DNA from: Bacillota bacterium
Lineage (GTDB): Bacteria; Bacillota; Clostridia; Christensenellales; CAG-138
Length of the DNA stretch: 64,000 bases
NCBI GenBank assembly: GCA_023459335.1
Contig: JAEWUO010000036.1
Location: 18,866 to 82,865, forward strand
Direction: 5' to 3'
Below the pieces are notes generated by a model, which ran no database searches, was not told the origin of the DNA, and saw only the letters and a list, made by a program, of their open reading frames with translations. Shown piece after piece: positions 17,173 to 26,611 of the stretch (positions within the stretch are counted from its first letter, which is position 1; each line of letters opens with the position of its first letter). The translations under genes were made by a program, and so were the position numbers.

Positions 17173-17748
17173 ATGCGACATCTGCCGAACATCCTTTCCG
17201 GAATACGGCTACTCCTCGTCGGCGCCTTTGTGATGCTGTTTCGGGCGGGCAGGTTTCTGCCTGCCCTTCTCGTATTCATCGCCGCATTTCTAACGGACAT
17301 ACTGGACGGCTACCTTGCGCGCACGTTTGGCTGGATCACGAATATCGGCAAGCTGCTCGACCCGCTCGCGGACAAACTTATGACGCTCGCCGTGCTTGTC
17401 TGCGTCTACCTCGGCAAGCACAAGCTGCTCTATCTGATCCTGTTTCTGCTCATGGCGGTGAAAGAACTGCTCATGGTCGCGGGCGGTATGTTTATGGCGA
17501 AGCGAAATGTGGTAGCGGTGGCGGACTGGCCGGGTAAAATCGCGACCGGATTGTTCGCCGGCGGGTTGGTTCTCGCCTTGCTGTCATTCCTTTCCCTGCG
17601 GGTGGGGCCTTGGGATCTCGTGGTATTGTCCGCCGCGACGACGGCGTCTTATTTCGCGCTGATCTTCTATGCGGTCACACAATTGCCGAAGGCGCTCCGC
17701 AGACAGGCCGCCGGCGATCGGGGAGCGGATGGTGCCGGCGGGCGCTGA
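17173..17748 (+). CDS. pgsA: CDP-alcohol phosphatidyltransferase (phosphatidylglycerophosphate synthase-like)
   Basis: DILDGYLARTFGWITNIGKLLDPLADK matches the D(x)2DG(x)2AR...G(x)3D(x)3D motif. Multi-TM protein. Confidence 0.8.
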   Translation: MRHLPNILSGIRLLLVGAFVMLFRAGRFLPALLVFIAAFLTDILDGYLARTFGWITNIGKLLDPLADKLMTLAVLVCVYLGKHKLLYLILFLLMAVKELLMVAGGMFMAKRNVVAVADWPGKIATGLFAGGLVLALLSFLSLRVGPWDLVVLSAATTASYFALIFYAVTQLPKALRRQAAGDRGADGAGGR

Positions 17749-17835
17749 TTTGCTCCGCGCATTTCCGAAAAAGGCTTGCAAATGGAATAAAAGGCTGTTA
17801 TACTTCGTGTGTTGGATGTTTGAACTTTGAGCGGA

Positions 17836-17863
17836 GAGTGGGCAAAACCCACTCTTTCGTTTT
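17836..17863 (+). terminator. Rho-independent terminator after pgsA
   Basis: GAGTGGG-CAAAA-CCCACTC followed by TTTCGTTTT. Confidence 0.7.
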
Positions 17864-17890
17864 GAAGGGTGCTTTTTTTACAGGATATGC

Positions 17891-17909
17891 GGATCAAATG
17901 CGCTGATCC
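17891..17909 (+). promoter_or_regulatory. Leader hairpin upstream of rimP (possible rimP-leader-type element)
   Basis: GGATCA-AATGCGC-TGATCC about 20 nt before the rimP TTG start. Family membership not verifiable by eye. Confidence 0.25.
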
Positions 17910-17929
17910 TGAGAGGTTGGAGGAACGCG

Positions 17930-18382
17930 TTGAACACGGCCCAAAAGGTGGAACAGCTGCTAAAAGAGCCTGTCGAAGCGCTCGGTTTTACGCTCTGCGA
18001 CGTGGAGTTCGTCAAGGAACACGGCGACTGGGTGCTCACGCTGTATATCGACAAACCCGGTGGCGTGACCATCGATGACTGCGAACGCGTGAGCCGCGCG
18101 GTCGACCCGATGCTCGACGAAGCCGACCCGATCGAACAGGGATATTTTCTCTCCGTTTCCTCGCTGGGACTCGACCGCCCGCTGAAAAAAGACGCGGATT
18201 ACGAGAGAAATCTCGGCAAGCGCGTCGAGGTAAAGCTCTTCGCGCCCAAGGACGGGAAAAAAGAGTTCGTCGGCGAACTGCTCCGGTTCGACGAAAACAT
18301 CGTCGTCATCCGGCTGGAAAAGGGAGAACTGACGCTGGAGCGCAAGGCGATCGCGCTCGCGCGGCCCGAACTGGTGTTTTAA
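17930..18382 (+). CDS. rimP: Ribosome maturation factor RimP
   Basis: 150 aa, TTG start with GGAGGAA upstream. Position immediately before nusA. LTLYIDKPGGVTIDDCERVSRAV is typical. Confidence 0.85.
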   Translation: MNTAQKVEQLLKEPVEALGFTLCDVEFVKEHGDWVLTLYIDKPGGVTIDDCERVSRAVDPMLDEADPIEQGYFLSVSSLGLDRPLKKDADYERNLGKRVEVKLFAPKDGKKEFVGELLRFDENIVVIRLEKGELTLERKAIALARPELVF

Positions 18383-18462
18383 GCGGGAAACCGCATGAAA
18401 GCAATCATACATTTTTTTAAGATGGTAACATCGCCGGAATACGAGTAAGGAGTTTGATTGAG

Positions 18463-19548
18463 ATGAACACAGAGTTTGTCGAAGCATTAAACGCGCTGGA
18501 AAAGGAACGCGGCATCAGCAAGGACGTGCTGATCCTCGCGATCGAAGCGGCGCTGACATCGGCGTATAAGCGCAACTACGGCGCGACCGCGAACGTGCGC
18601 GCGCAGGTAGACCCGCAAAACGGGGAATTCCGCATTTTCGCCTCCAAGACGGTCGCGGAGACCGTCGAAAATCCGCTCAACGAGATTTCGCTTGAGGACG
18701 CAAAGCACGTCAACGTACTTTACGAGGTAGGCGACGTGCTCGAAGAAGAAGTCAAGGCGAAAGAGTTTTCGCGCATCGCGGCGCAGACCGCCAAGCAGGT
18801 CGTTGTCCAGCGGATCCGCGAAGCGGAGCGCGGCGTGATCTACGAGGAATACGTAGAAAAAGAAAACGAGGTGCTGACCGCCATCGTGCAGCGAGTGGAG
18901 AAGGGCAACGTCTATGTCGAACTCGGCAAGACGGACGGCATTCTCACGCCGAATGAAATGATACCGGGCGAAACGTATGAAAACAACGACCGCATCAAGG
19001 TCTACGTTCTGGAAGTCCGCAAGGACAGCAAAGGCCCGCAGGTGCTGGTCAGCCGCACGCACCCCGGCCTCGTGAAACGCCTATTTGAATTGGAAGTGCC
19101 GGAGATTCAGACCGGCGTCGTGCAGATTAAGTCCATCGCGCGCGAAGCGGGCTTCCGCACGAAGGTTGCCGTGCACTCGACGGATATGCAGGTGGATGCG
19201 GTCGGCGCATGCGTCGGCCAGCGCGGATCGCGCGTGGAGCGCATCGTCGGCGAGCTGCACAACGAGAAGATCGACATCATCGAGTGGGATTCCGACTCGG
19301 CGGTATATATCGCGAAGGCGCTGAGCCCTGCGAAGGTGCTTATGGTCTACATCAATGAAGAAGAAAAAGCGGCAAAAGTGATCGTTCCGGATTCCCAGCT
19401 TTCACTCGCCATTGGCAAAGAGGGGCAGAACGCGCGGCTCGCCGCGAAACTGACGGGCTGGAAAATCGACATCAAGAGCCAGTCCCAGGCGGAACAGGCG
19501 ATGGACGCTTTCTATAACGAGGAAAACACACAGGAGAGCGAGGCGTAA
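18463..19548 (+). CDS. nusA: Transcription termination/antitermination factor NusA
   Basis: S1 and KH domains ([34 protein letters not shown]). ATG 18463 with AAGGAG upstream. Confidence 0.9.
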   Translation: MNTEFVEALNALEKERGISKDVLILAIEAALTSAYKRNYGATANVRAQVDPQNGEFRIFASKTVAETVENPLNEISLEDAKHVNVLYEVGDVLEEEVKAKEFSRIAAQTAKQVVVQRIREAERGVIYEEYVEKENEVLTAIVQRVEKGNVYVELGKTDGILTPNEMIPGETYENNDRIKVYVLEVRKDSKGPQVLVSRTHPGLVKRLFELEVPEIQTGVVQIKSIAREAGFRTKVAVHSTDMQVDAVGACVGQRGSRVERIVGELHNEKIDIIEWDSDSAVYIAKALSPAKVLMVYINEEEKAAKVIVPDSQLSLAIGKEGQNARLAAKLTGWKIDIKSQSQAEQAMDAFYNEENTQESEA

Positions 19549-19551
19549 CGC

Positions 19552-19833
19552 TTGGCGAAAAAAATTCCCATGCGGATGTGCGTCTCCTGCCGGGAGATGC
19601 GGCCGAAAAAAGAGCTCGTGCGCGTGGTGCGCACCCCGGAAGGCGCCGTGCTCCTCGATACGACCGGACGAGCCAACGGCAGAGGCGCTTACCTCTGCAA
19701 AAAGGGCGGCTGTCTGGAGAAGGCGGTCAAGTCGCGCGCGCTGGAACGCGCGCTGGAAGCGAAGATCGAACCGGAAACCTTCGAAACGCTGCGCGCGCAG
19801 TTCGCGGCATACGATGAACAGCAGGCTGACTAG
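19552..19833 (+). CDS. ylxR: YlxR-family RNA-binding protein (DUF448)
   Basis: RMCVSCREMRPKKELVRVV...GRGAYLC motif. Located between nusA and infB. Confidence 0.8.
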   Translation: MAKKIPMRMCVSCREMRPKKELVRVVRTPEGAVLLDTTGRANGRGAYLCKKGGCLEKAVKSRALERALEAKIEPETFETLRAQFAAYDEQQAD

Positions 19834-20107
19834 CGCGGTCGGGTTCGCGATGAAGGCGGGGAAGCTCGTCTCCGGCGATTCTTCGGCGGAGAAGGTCATC
19901 CGCGCGGGCAAGGCGAAACTCGCGCTGATCGACGCCCAGGCTTCGGACAACACGAAGGACAAATACCGCGCCATGAGTGAACATGCGGGGATACCGCTGA
20001 TCGAGATCGAAGAACTCGGCCGGTGGATCGGAAAACCTGCGCGCATGGTAGCAGCGGTGACAGACGAACGTTTTACAACGATGATCAAAAGCGCGTCCGA
20101 ACAATAG
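19814..20107 (+). CDS. ylxQ: L7Ae-family ribosomal-protein-like protein (YlxQ-like)
   Basis: 97 aa with GFAMKAGKLVSG. Conserved position upstream of infB. Overlaps ylxR by 20 nt. Confidence 0.75.
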   Translation: MNSRLTSAVGFAMKAGKLVSGDSSAEKVIRAGKAKLALIDAQASDNTKDKYRAMSEHAGIPLIEIEELGRWIGKPARMVAAVTDERFTTMIKSASEQ

Positions 20108-20143
20108 GATGCGCATTGTAAAAATGCGGGGGTAACGACGCAA

Positions 20144-22801
20144 ATGGCAAAAAACAATTTTCTGGAATCGGCAAACGGAATTCAGAAGAGTACAAAAGAA
20201 CTTCTGGAAAGGCTGTCGCTGACGCAGAGCGCCGTAGGCGAGCTGCTTGTTTCGGTGCGCCATTCCGAGGGCGAGATGATCGATCGGGAGGAACAGCAGC
20301 GTAAGGCGCGCGAAGAGCGCGAGCGCATGGAACGCCTGCGCGACCTGCTCGATTCCGATCAGGATCATGCCGCGCATGCCGGCGGCAGCGATGAAGACGA
20401 TCTGGCGGAAGCGGAACCGGCAGTCCAGCAGGAGGCCGCCGCGCCGGAAGCCGCAGAGGAAAAACCGGCGCAGCCGGAGACGCCGAAACCCCAGATTGCA
20501 CCCGAACTGCCGAAAAAACCGGCCGGCGGTTATGAAGCGCACGCGATTTCGCAGGACGACCGCCGCCGCCCGCAGCAACCGCAGGGCGAGCGCGCGCCGT
20601 ATCAGCAGAACCGCCCGCCGCGGCAGGACGGCTATCAGCCGCGCCCGCAGCAGGGAGGGCAGACAGGCTTTACGCCGCGCCCGCAGCAGGGAGGACAGAC
20701 CGGCTTTACGCCGCGCCCGCAGCAGGGAGGACAGACCGGCTTTGCACCGCGTTCGCAACAGGGCGCGGGCATGCCGCCGCGCGGGCCGCGTCCCGCGGCG
20801 GGTTCCACGCCCGCGACTCCATCGGCGGGCGGCAAAGAGCGGGTCAGCAATTACGACCCCAACAAGAGCGCATATGCCCGTGCGAAAGAAGCGGAAAATA
20901 GAAAAGCGAAAAATAAGAAAGCGATTGCGCGTGAAACCGCGCCCAGCGCCAAGAATTGGGATGAGGACGCGCCGACCGGCAGCCGCAGACCCAAACGCGG
21001 CGCGAAGCAGATGGTACGCAGGCCGGAACCCGTCGTGATCGAAAAGGCGGTGATCACCACGGAGACCATCACGGTAAAAGAACTCTCGGAAAAGATCGGC
21101 AAACCCGCTTCCGAGATCATTAAAAAGCTCTTCCTGCTCGGCATGCCGACCACGATCAACCAGGAGATCGACTTCGATACCTGCGAACTGGTCGCTTCGG
21201 ATTTCGGTATCGATCTTGAGCTGAAAGTAGCAAAAACATTTGAAGAAGTGCTGACCGACAGCGCGTCCGCGGAATCCGACGCACCGGAACAGCTCAAGAC
21301 GCGCCCGCCGGTGGTCACCATCATGGGCCACGTCGACCACGGCAAGACGTCGCTGCTGGACGCGATCCGCAACAGCAGCGTTACCGAGGGCGAAGCGGGC
21401 GGCATCACTCAGCACATCGGCGCGTATACCGTCATGAGCAACGGCAAGCAGATTACGTTTATCGATACGCCGGGCCACGAGGCGTTCACTTCGATGCGCG
21501 CTCGCGGCGCGCAGGTGACGGATATCGTCATTCTCGTCGTCGCGGCTGACGACGGTATCATGCCGCAGACCGTGGAAGCGATCCACCATGCGAAAGCCGC
21601 TGGCGTGCCGATCATCGTGGCCATCAATAAGATGGACAAACCCGACGCAAATCCTGACCGCGTAAAGCAGCAGCTGACCGAATACGAACTCGTCTCCGAA
21701 GAGTGGGGCGGGCAGACCATTATCGTGCCCGTATCCGCCAAAAAGCAGACCGGTCTCGACACCCTGCTGGAGATGATCCTGCTGCAGGCGGACGTGCTGG
21801 AACTCAAGGCCAATCCCGACCGTCTCGCGAAAGGCACGATCATCGAAGCCAAGCTCGACAAGGGGCGCGGACCGCTCGCGACCGTTCTTGTACAGAACGG
21901 CACGCTGCGCCGCGGGGATACGATCATTGCCGGCACGGCGTACGGCAAAGTACGCGCGATGACGGACGATCGCGGCGGCGCGGTCGACGAGGCCGGTCCC
22001 TCCATGCCGGTTGAGGTGCTCGGATTCAGCGAAGTGCCGGATGCGGGAGATATCCTCAATGTGGCGGAGGTGGACAAGCTTTCCCGCCAGGTCGCCGAGG
22101 AGCGCCGAGACAAGATCAAGGCAGCGCAGTTGAAGAGCAAGAGCAAGGTCTCGCTCGACGAGCTCTTTACCCAGATGGCGGCGGATGAGCTGAAAGAACT
22201 CAACATCATCGTCAAGGCGGATGTGCAGGGTTCCGTAGAGGCCGTCAAGCAGGCGCTCGAAAAACTCAGTAACGAAGAGGTCCGCGTGCGCTGCATCCAC
22301 GGCGGCGTCGGCGCGATCACGGGTACGGACATCATGTTCGCCTCCGCTTCCAATGCCATTGTCATTGGATTCAACGTACGCCCCGATACCGGAGCGCGCG
22401 CGTTGGCCGAAAAGGAGAACGTGGACGTTCGCCTGTACCGCGTGATCTATAACGCCATCGACGACGTCAAAGCCGCCATGCAGGGCATGTTCAAACCGGT
22501 CTTCAAAGAAACGGAGCTTGGCCGCGCCACCGTGCGCGAGACCTTCAAGGTTTCTGGAGTTGGAACGATCGCGGGCGCATATGTCAACGACGGAAAGATC
22601 CTCCGGAGCGCGCAAATTCGCGTGCTGCGCGACAATATCGTTATCCACGAAGGCAAGATCGCTTCTCTGAAGCGTTTCAAGGACGACGCGAAGGAAGTCA
22701 TGACCGGATACGAGTGCGGCATCGGCATCGAAAACTTCAACGACCTGCTCGAGGGCGACGTGATCGAAGCGTTCGTCGTCGAGGAAGTCAAACGCACATA
22801 A
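20144..22801 (+). CDS. infB: Translation initiation factor IF-2
   Basis: 885 aa. Low-complexity N-terminal region, then G domain [22 protein letters not shown] and NKMD. Confidence 0.95.
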   Translation: MAKNNFLESANGIQKSTKELLERLSLTQSAVGELLVSVRHSEGEMIDREEQQRKAREERERMERLRDLLDSDQDHAAHAGGSDEDDLAEAEPAVQQEAAAPEAAEEKPAQPETPKPQIAPELPKKPAGGYEAHAISQDDRRRPQQPQGERAPYQQNRPPRQDGYQPRPQQGGQTGFTPRPQQGGQTGFTPRPQQGGQTGFAPRSQQGAGMPPRGPRPAAGSTPATPSAGGKERVSNYDPNKSAYARAKEAENRKAKNKKAIARETAPSAKNWDEDAPTGSRRPKRGAKQMVRRPEPVVIEKAVITTETITVKELSEKIGKPASEIIKKLFLLGMPTTINQEIDFDTCELVASDFGIDLELKVAKTFEEVLTDSASAESDAPEQLKTRPPVVTIMGHVDHGKTSLLDAIRNSSVTEGEAGGITQHIGAYTVMSNGKQITFIDTPGHEAFTSMRARGAQVTDIVILVVAADDGIMPQTVEAIHHAKAAGVPIIVAINKMDKPDANPDRVKQQLTEYELVSEEWGGQTIIVPVSAKKQTGLDTLLEMILLQADVLELKANPDRLAKGTIIEAKLDKGRGPLATVLVQNGTLRRGDTIIAGTAYGKVRAMTDDRGGAVDEAGPSMPVEVLGFSEVPDAGDILNVAEVDKLSRQVAEERRDKIKAAQLKSKSKVSLDELFTQMAADELKELNIIVKADVQGSVEAVKQALEKLSNEEVRVRCIHGGVGAITGTDIMFASASNAIVIGFNVRPDTGARALAEKENVDVRLYRVIYNAIDDVKAAMQGMFKPVFKETELGRATVRETFKVSGVGTIAGAYVNDGKILRSAQIRVLRDNIVIHEGKIASLKRFKDDAKEVMTGYECGIGIENFNDLLEGDVIEAFVVEEVKRT
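20639..20765 (+). repeat. Coding tandem repeat, 36-nt period, about 3.3 copies, inside infB
   Basis: CCGCGCCCGCAGCAGGGAGG(G/A)CAGAC(A/C)GGCTTT(A/G)C(G/A) repeated. Encodes [12 protein letters not shown] three times. Confidence 0.85.
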
Positions 22802-22846
22802 CCGGCATCGCCATTACCGGCATTGCCTTAACCAGCATCGCTATGA
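22802..22846 (+). repeat. Imperfect 15-nt tandem repeat, 3 copies, directly after the infB stop
   Basis: CCGGCATCGCCATTA / CCGGCATTGCCTTAA / CCAGCATCGCTATGA. Confidence 0.7.
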
Positions 22847-22850
22847 TCGG

Positions 22851-22872
22851 CCGCCCGGCGCGCGCCGGGCGG
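22851..22872. repeat. Perfect 22-nt GC-rich palindrome (hairpin) abutting the rbfA SD
   Basis: CCGCCCGGCGCGCGCCGGGCGG is its own reverse complement. Followed by AGGAGGACATC-ATG. Confidence 0.85.
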
Positions 22873-22883
22873 AGGAGGACATC

Positions 22884-23243
22884 ATGGGTACGTTTCGTTC
22901 GGGACGAATGAACGAAGAAGTCAAAAAAACGATCAGCGAGATCATCCGCGAGATGAAGGATCCACGAATATCGCCGATGACGACGCTGACGGACGTCGAC
23001 GTTACCAACGACCTGAAATACGCAAAGATCAAGGTTTCCGTTTACGACGAGGACGAGCAGAAGCGCGTTTCCAGTGTGGAAGCGCTCAATCACGCGGCGG
23101 GGTTTATCGGGCGCGAGCTTGGCGCGCGCATGCGCATCCGCGCCGTGCCGAGCATGAAATTTTCGCTGGACCATTCAATCGCGTACAGCGCAAGGATTTC
23201 GGAGATCCTCAACGAATTGCACAGGGACGAAGGGAAGGAGTAA
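22884..23243 (+). CDS. rbfA: Ribosome-binding factor A
   Basis: 119 aa with RMNEEVKKTISEIIREMKDPR. Conserved position after infB. Confidence 0.9.
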   Translation: MGTFRSGRMNEEVKKTISEIIREMKDPRISPMTTLTDVDVTNDLKYAKIKVSVYDEDEQKRVSSVEALNHAAGFIGRELGARMRIRAVPSMKFSLDHSIAYSARISEILNELHRDEGKE

Positions 23244-23247
23244 CGGC

Positions 23248-24210
23248 ATGCTGCAGGATGCGGTCCGCTTTTTGCGGGCACACGACGATATACTGCTGAT
23301 CGCGCACGTTTCTCCGGACGGCGACACGCTTGGCAGCAGCTTCGCGCTCTACGGCGCGATGCTGGAATTCGGCAAGCGCGTGCAGGTGGTCTGCGAGGAC
23401 CCCGTACCCGCCATCTACCGCTTTCTTCCGTTTTCCGAACAGCTGATCCCGCCTGAACAGGCGAAACCCGCCGAGGCGGTAGTCTGCATCGACTGCGCGG
23501 ACCTCGCGCGCACGGGCCGCTGCGAACCGCTGTTCCGGGCGGCGAAAGCGACGCTGAATATCGACCATCACGGTACGAACGACCGATTCGCCGAAGAAAA
23601 CTATGTACAGAAGGCGGGCGCGACGGGGGAGCTGATCTTCAACGTCATCGCCTGCCTGAAAATCACGCTCAATAAAAATATCGCAAGCTGCCTCTATGCG
23701 GCCATCACGACCGACACGGGCAACTTTTCCTATTCCAATACCACGCCGGACACCATGCGCATCGCGGCGGATATCCTCGATACGGGCATCGACCTGCCAT
23801 ACCTCAACCGATGCCTGTTTCGCACGGTTCCATTTCACAAGCTCAAGCTGCATGCGCTCGCGGTCGACAACACAAAGCTGTACGAATTCGGGCGAATCGG
23901 CATTTCCTGCCTCACGCTGAACGAAATAAAATCCTGCGGCGCAACGGGCGAAGATACGGAAGGCATCATCGACGCGATAAGGGACATCGACACCGTGGAA
24001 GTCGCGGCGCTTTTACGCGAGAGCGAAGACGGCCTGATCCGCGTGAGCCTGCGGGGCAAGACCTGCGCGGACGTAAGCAGGATCGCAACCCTGTTCGGCG
24101 GCGGCGGGCACCGTTTCGCCGCGGGGTGCACGATGCAGCCGACCATAGAAGCGGCTGCGGAACAAATCCTCGCTTCCGCGAAAGAACTGCTGCTCGGTTC
24201 CTGCGGCTGA
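23248..24210 (+). CDS. nrnA: DHH/DHHA1 phosphoesterase (NrnA-like oligoribonuclease / pAp phosphatase)
   Basis: HVSPDGDTLGS, NIDHH, TDTGNF and GGGGHRFAAG motifs. Confidence 0.8.
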   Translation: MLQDAVRFLRAHDDILLIAHVSPDGDTLGSSFALYGAMLEFGKRVQVVCEDPVPAIYRFLPFSEQLIPPEQAKPAEAVVCIDCADLARTGRCEPLFRAAKATLNIDHHGTNDRFAEENYVQKAGATGELIFNVIACLKITLNKNIASCLYAAITTDTGNFSYSNTTPDTMRIAADILDTGIDLPYLNRCLFRTVPFHKLKLHALAVDNTKLYEFGRIGISCLTLNEIKSCGATGEDTEGIIDAIRDIDTVEVAALLRESEDGLIRVSLRGKTCADVSRIATLFGGGGHRFAAGCTMQPTIEAAAEQILASAKELLLGSCG

Positions 24211-24211
24211 T

Positions 24212-25081
24212 ATGGACGGCGTCGTCACCGTACTCAAACCGCCGGGGATGACGTCGAGCAACGCCGTGTTCGACGTACGGAAAATTTTCTCCGAAAAGCG
24301 GGCGGGACATCTCGGCACGCTGGATCCCGCGGCGGCGGGCGTGCTGCCGGTTTGTCTCGGGCGCGCGACCCGGCTCTTCGACATATTAGTCGATAAGGAC
24401 AAAGAATATGTATTCGAGGCGGCGTTCGGCGTTCAAACCGACACGCAGGACGCTTATGGAACCGTGATTTCCCGGGACTCGAAGCGCTTAACGTGCGAGG
24501 AACTGCTGAGAGTCCTGCCGGAATTCGTCGGAGAACAGGCACAGAAGGCTTCCGTTTACTCCGCGCTGAAGGTGGACGGAAAAAAGATGTACGACCTTGC
24601 CCGCGCGGGAGAAGCCGTGGAGCCGAAAACGCGGGGAATCTGCGTTTACGAGCTGGAACTCGTCGGACAGACGGGTGAAAACCGGTTTTTACTGCGAACG
24701 GTTTGCTCTCGAGGCACTTATGTCCGCTCGCTTTGCGAAAGCATCGCAAGCCGGCTCGGTACCGTCGCGTACGTTCCGTTTCTGCTGCGTACGCGCAGCG
24801 GACCGTTTACGATCAGCCGCGCACTTACGATCGCGGAACTGGACGCGGCGAAAACCGAAGGGACGCTGTTCGATGCGCTTGCCTCCTGTGAGGAAGCGAC
24901 GTCGTTTCTGCCGGAACTGCGACTGACGGCGGATCGCGTTGTGCCAACGAAAAACGGCCTGGAAACGAACATGCGCGGCATGGCGGAAGGGCTGGTGCGC
25001 GCATATGGCCCGGGAGAATTTCTCGGTATAGGAGAGGTCAGGCGGGAGCAATTCCGGCTGACGGTTCATCTGTATGGATAG
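24212..25081 (+). CDS. truB: tRNA pseudouridine(55) synthase
   Basis: KPPGMTSSNAV...KRAGHLGTLDPAAAGVLPVCLG contains the catalytic Asp motif. Confidence 0.9.
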   Translation: MDGVVTVLKPPGMTSSNAVFDVRKIFSEKRAGHLGTLDPAAAGVLPVCLGRATRLFDILVDKDKEYVFEAAFGVQTDTQDAYGTVISRDSKRLTCEELLRVLPEFVGEQAQKASVYSALKVDGKKMYDLARAGEAVEPKTRGICVYELELVGQTGENRFLLRTVCSRGTYVRSLCESIASRLGTVAYVPFLLRTRSGPFTISRALTIAELDAAKTEGTLFDALASCEEATSFLPELRLTADRVVPTKNGLETNMRGMAEGLVRAYGPGEFLGIGEVRREQFRLTVHLYG

Positions 25082-25135
25082 AGCGGTCTCATACCTGCGG
25101 CGTTTTGCTGCACTGAGCCGTTGTTATGAGGAATT

Positions 25136-26020
25136 ATGACAGAGAAAATACCCGCCGTCGTCGCGCTCGGCATGTTTGACGGCGTACATCTTGGACACAG
25201 AGCGCTCATGGCTCGCCTGACGGACGAAGCGAAACGGCTGCGCGCCGTTCCCGCCGTATTTACGTTTTCCAATCATCCGCTTGATGTGCTCGGCGGAAAC
25301 GTCTCCATGCTCTCCGGGGTCAGAGAGAGAAACCAGATGCTTCTTGCACTCGGGGCGGAACAGGTGGAGAGCGTTCCCTTTACGCGGGAGCTCGCCGCGC
25401 TCAGCACGGAGGAATTCGTCGATCTGCTTGCGGAACATTGGGAGATCCGCGCGCTGGTCGTCGGCTACAACTATTCCTGCGGCGCTCGCGGGGCGGGTAC
25501 ACCGGAAACGTTGAAAGAAATCGGTTCCCGCCGCGGTTTTTCCGTCATCGTCGTATCTCCTGTGTTGTACGAAGGGGAACCGGTGTCCAGCACGCGTATT
25601 CGCGAAGCGCTGGAACGCGGGGACGTTGAACTCGCCCGAAAACTCTTGAGACGCCGTTATACGCTGTGCGGAAAGGTCGTTCAGAATAAGCGCATCGGAC
25701 GGAGGATCGGCTTTCCAACGGCAAACATCGATCCCGAACTCAAACGCGTGATCCCGGCGGAAGGAGTGTACGCGACCTATGCGTTCCTGCGCGGCTCCGC
25801 TTTTCGCGCGGCGACGAATATCGGCAGCAATCCGACCGTGCATGGAGAAAAACTTTCAATCGAAACACATCTGATCGATTTTGACGCGGATATCTATGGA
25901 GAAACGCTGACCGTCGCGTTTCGAAAGCGCCTGCGCGACGAGGAGACATTCGAATCCGTCGATGCGATGAGAGAGCAGATTCGCGCGGATGTGGCGCAGG
26001 CGGCCGCGCTGAGAGAATGA
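25136..26020 (+). CDS. ribF: Bifunctional riboflavin kinase / FAD synthetase
   Basis: ALGMFDGVHLGH nucleotidyltransferase motif. C-terminal kinase motifs GFPTAN and ATNIGSNPT. Confidence 0.9.
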   Translation: MTEKIPAVVALGMFDGVHLGHRALMARLTDEAKRLRAVPAVFTFSNHPLDVLGGNVSMLSGVRERNQMLLALGAEQVESVPFTRELAALSTEEFVDLLAEHWEIRALVVGYNYSCGARGAGTPETLKEIGSRRGFSVIVVSPVLYEGEPVSSTRIREALERGDVELARKLLRRRYTLCGKVVQNKRIGRRIGFPTANIDPELKRVIPAEGVYATYAFLRGSAFRAATNIGSNPTVHGEKLSIETHLIDFDADIYGETLTVAFRKRLRDEETFESVDAMREQIRADVAQAAALRE

Positions 26021-26066
26021 CGCGCGGGCGGTAAGATGGCGGAATCGAAGAATCTCAGCGTAAGAG

Positions 26067-26095
26067 TTTACAATGCGCATAGAATGTGCTATCAT
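26067..26095 (+). promoter_or_regulatory. Candidate promoter TTTACA-17-(TGc)TATCAT for rpsO
   Basis: Hexamers at 26067-26072 and 26090-26095 with an extended -10 TG. Confidence 0.45.
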
Positions 26096-26185
26096 ATATA
26101 AGCATTTTCATCACCGTTTACCGGGATTAGCGACGCTCCGACGCTTTTCTCAGTTCGCGGGAATAAGAAAAAGGAGAAAGAACCA

Positions 26186-26443
26186 ATGTCTAAACAGGAA
26201 ACCATCGAAAAATACGCGCTTCACGAGGGGGATACCGGTTCGCCGGAAGTGCAGATCGCACTTCTGACCGAACGGATCAACCACTTGAACGAGCACCTCA
26301 AGCTGCATACGAAAGATCACCATTCACGCCGCGGGCTCTTGAAAATGGTCGGTCAGCGCAGAGGGCTTCTGAACTACCTCAAGGAGAAGGACATCGAGCG
26401 TTACAGAACGATCGCTGCAAGCCTGAACATCCGTATCAAGTAA
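26186..26443 (+). CDS. rpsO: 30S ribosomal protein S15
   Basis: 85 aa with [45 protein letters not shown]. Confidence 0.95.
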   Translation: MSKQETIEKYALHEGDTGSPEVQIALLTERINHLNEHLKLHTKDHHSRRGLLKMVGQRRGLLNYLKEKDIERYRTIAASLNIRIK

Positions 26444-26446
26444 AGC

Positions 26447-26480
26447 GAAAGGCGGGGTTGTTCCCGCCTTTCTTTCTGTA
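26447..26480 (+). terminator. Hairpin/terminator after rpsO (also the start of the pnp leader)
   Basis: GAAAGGCGGG-GTTGTT-CCCGCCTTTC followed by TTTCTGT. Confidence 0.6.
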
Positions 26481-26611
26481 TACGAATTTGCCGGCAGATT
26501 CGCCCGCCGTTGTTTTCGGGCGAGCGGTTCGCTCTGATTCGGGCGACCCGGCAAGCTGAATATGGTATTAATAAAAAGAAGATAAAGAAGAAGAAGGAGC
26601 AAGAACAAATT

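Noticed and set aside
19727-22648. 973-aa ORF on the minus strand, the longest in this part of the track.
   Set aside because: It is entirely antisense to infB, whose product has unmistakable IF-2 G-domain motifs. The antisense product is Arg/Ala/Gly-rich and low-complexity. This is the stop-poor antisense frame expected in high-GC DNA.
20639-22846. Tandem repeats (36-nt in infB, 15-nt after infB) considered as a possible CRISPR array.
   Set aside because: The repeats are directly adjacent with no spacers. One set is coding. No cas genes are nearby.
26510-26611. N-terminal extension of pnp from the ORF-track start (MFSGERF...[13 protein letters not shown]).
   Set aside because: The extension covers the rpsO terminator and a purine-rich leader. 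ATG 26612 has a GAAGGAG SD and gives the canonical PNPase N-terminus.
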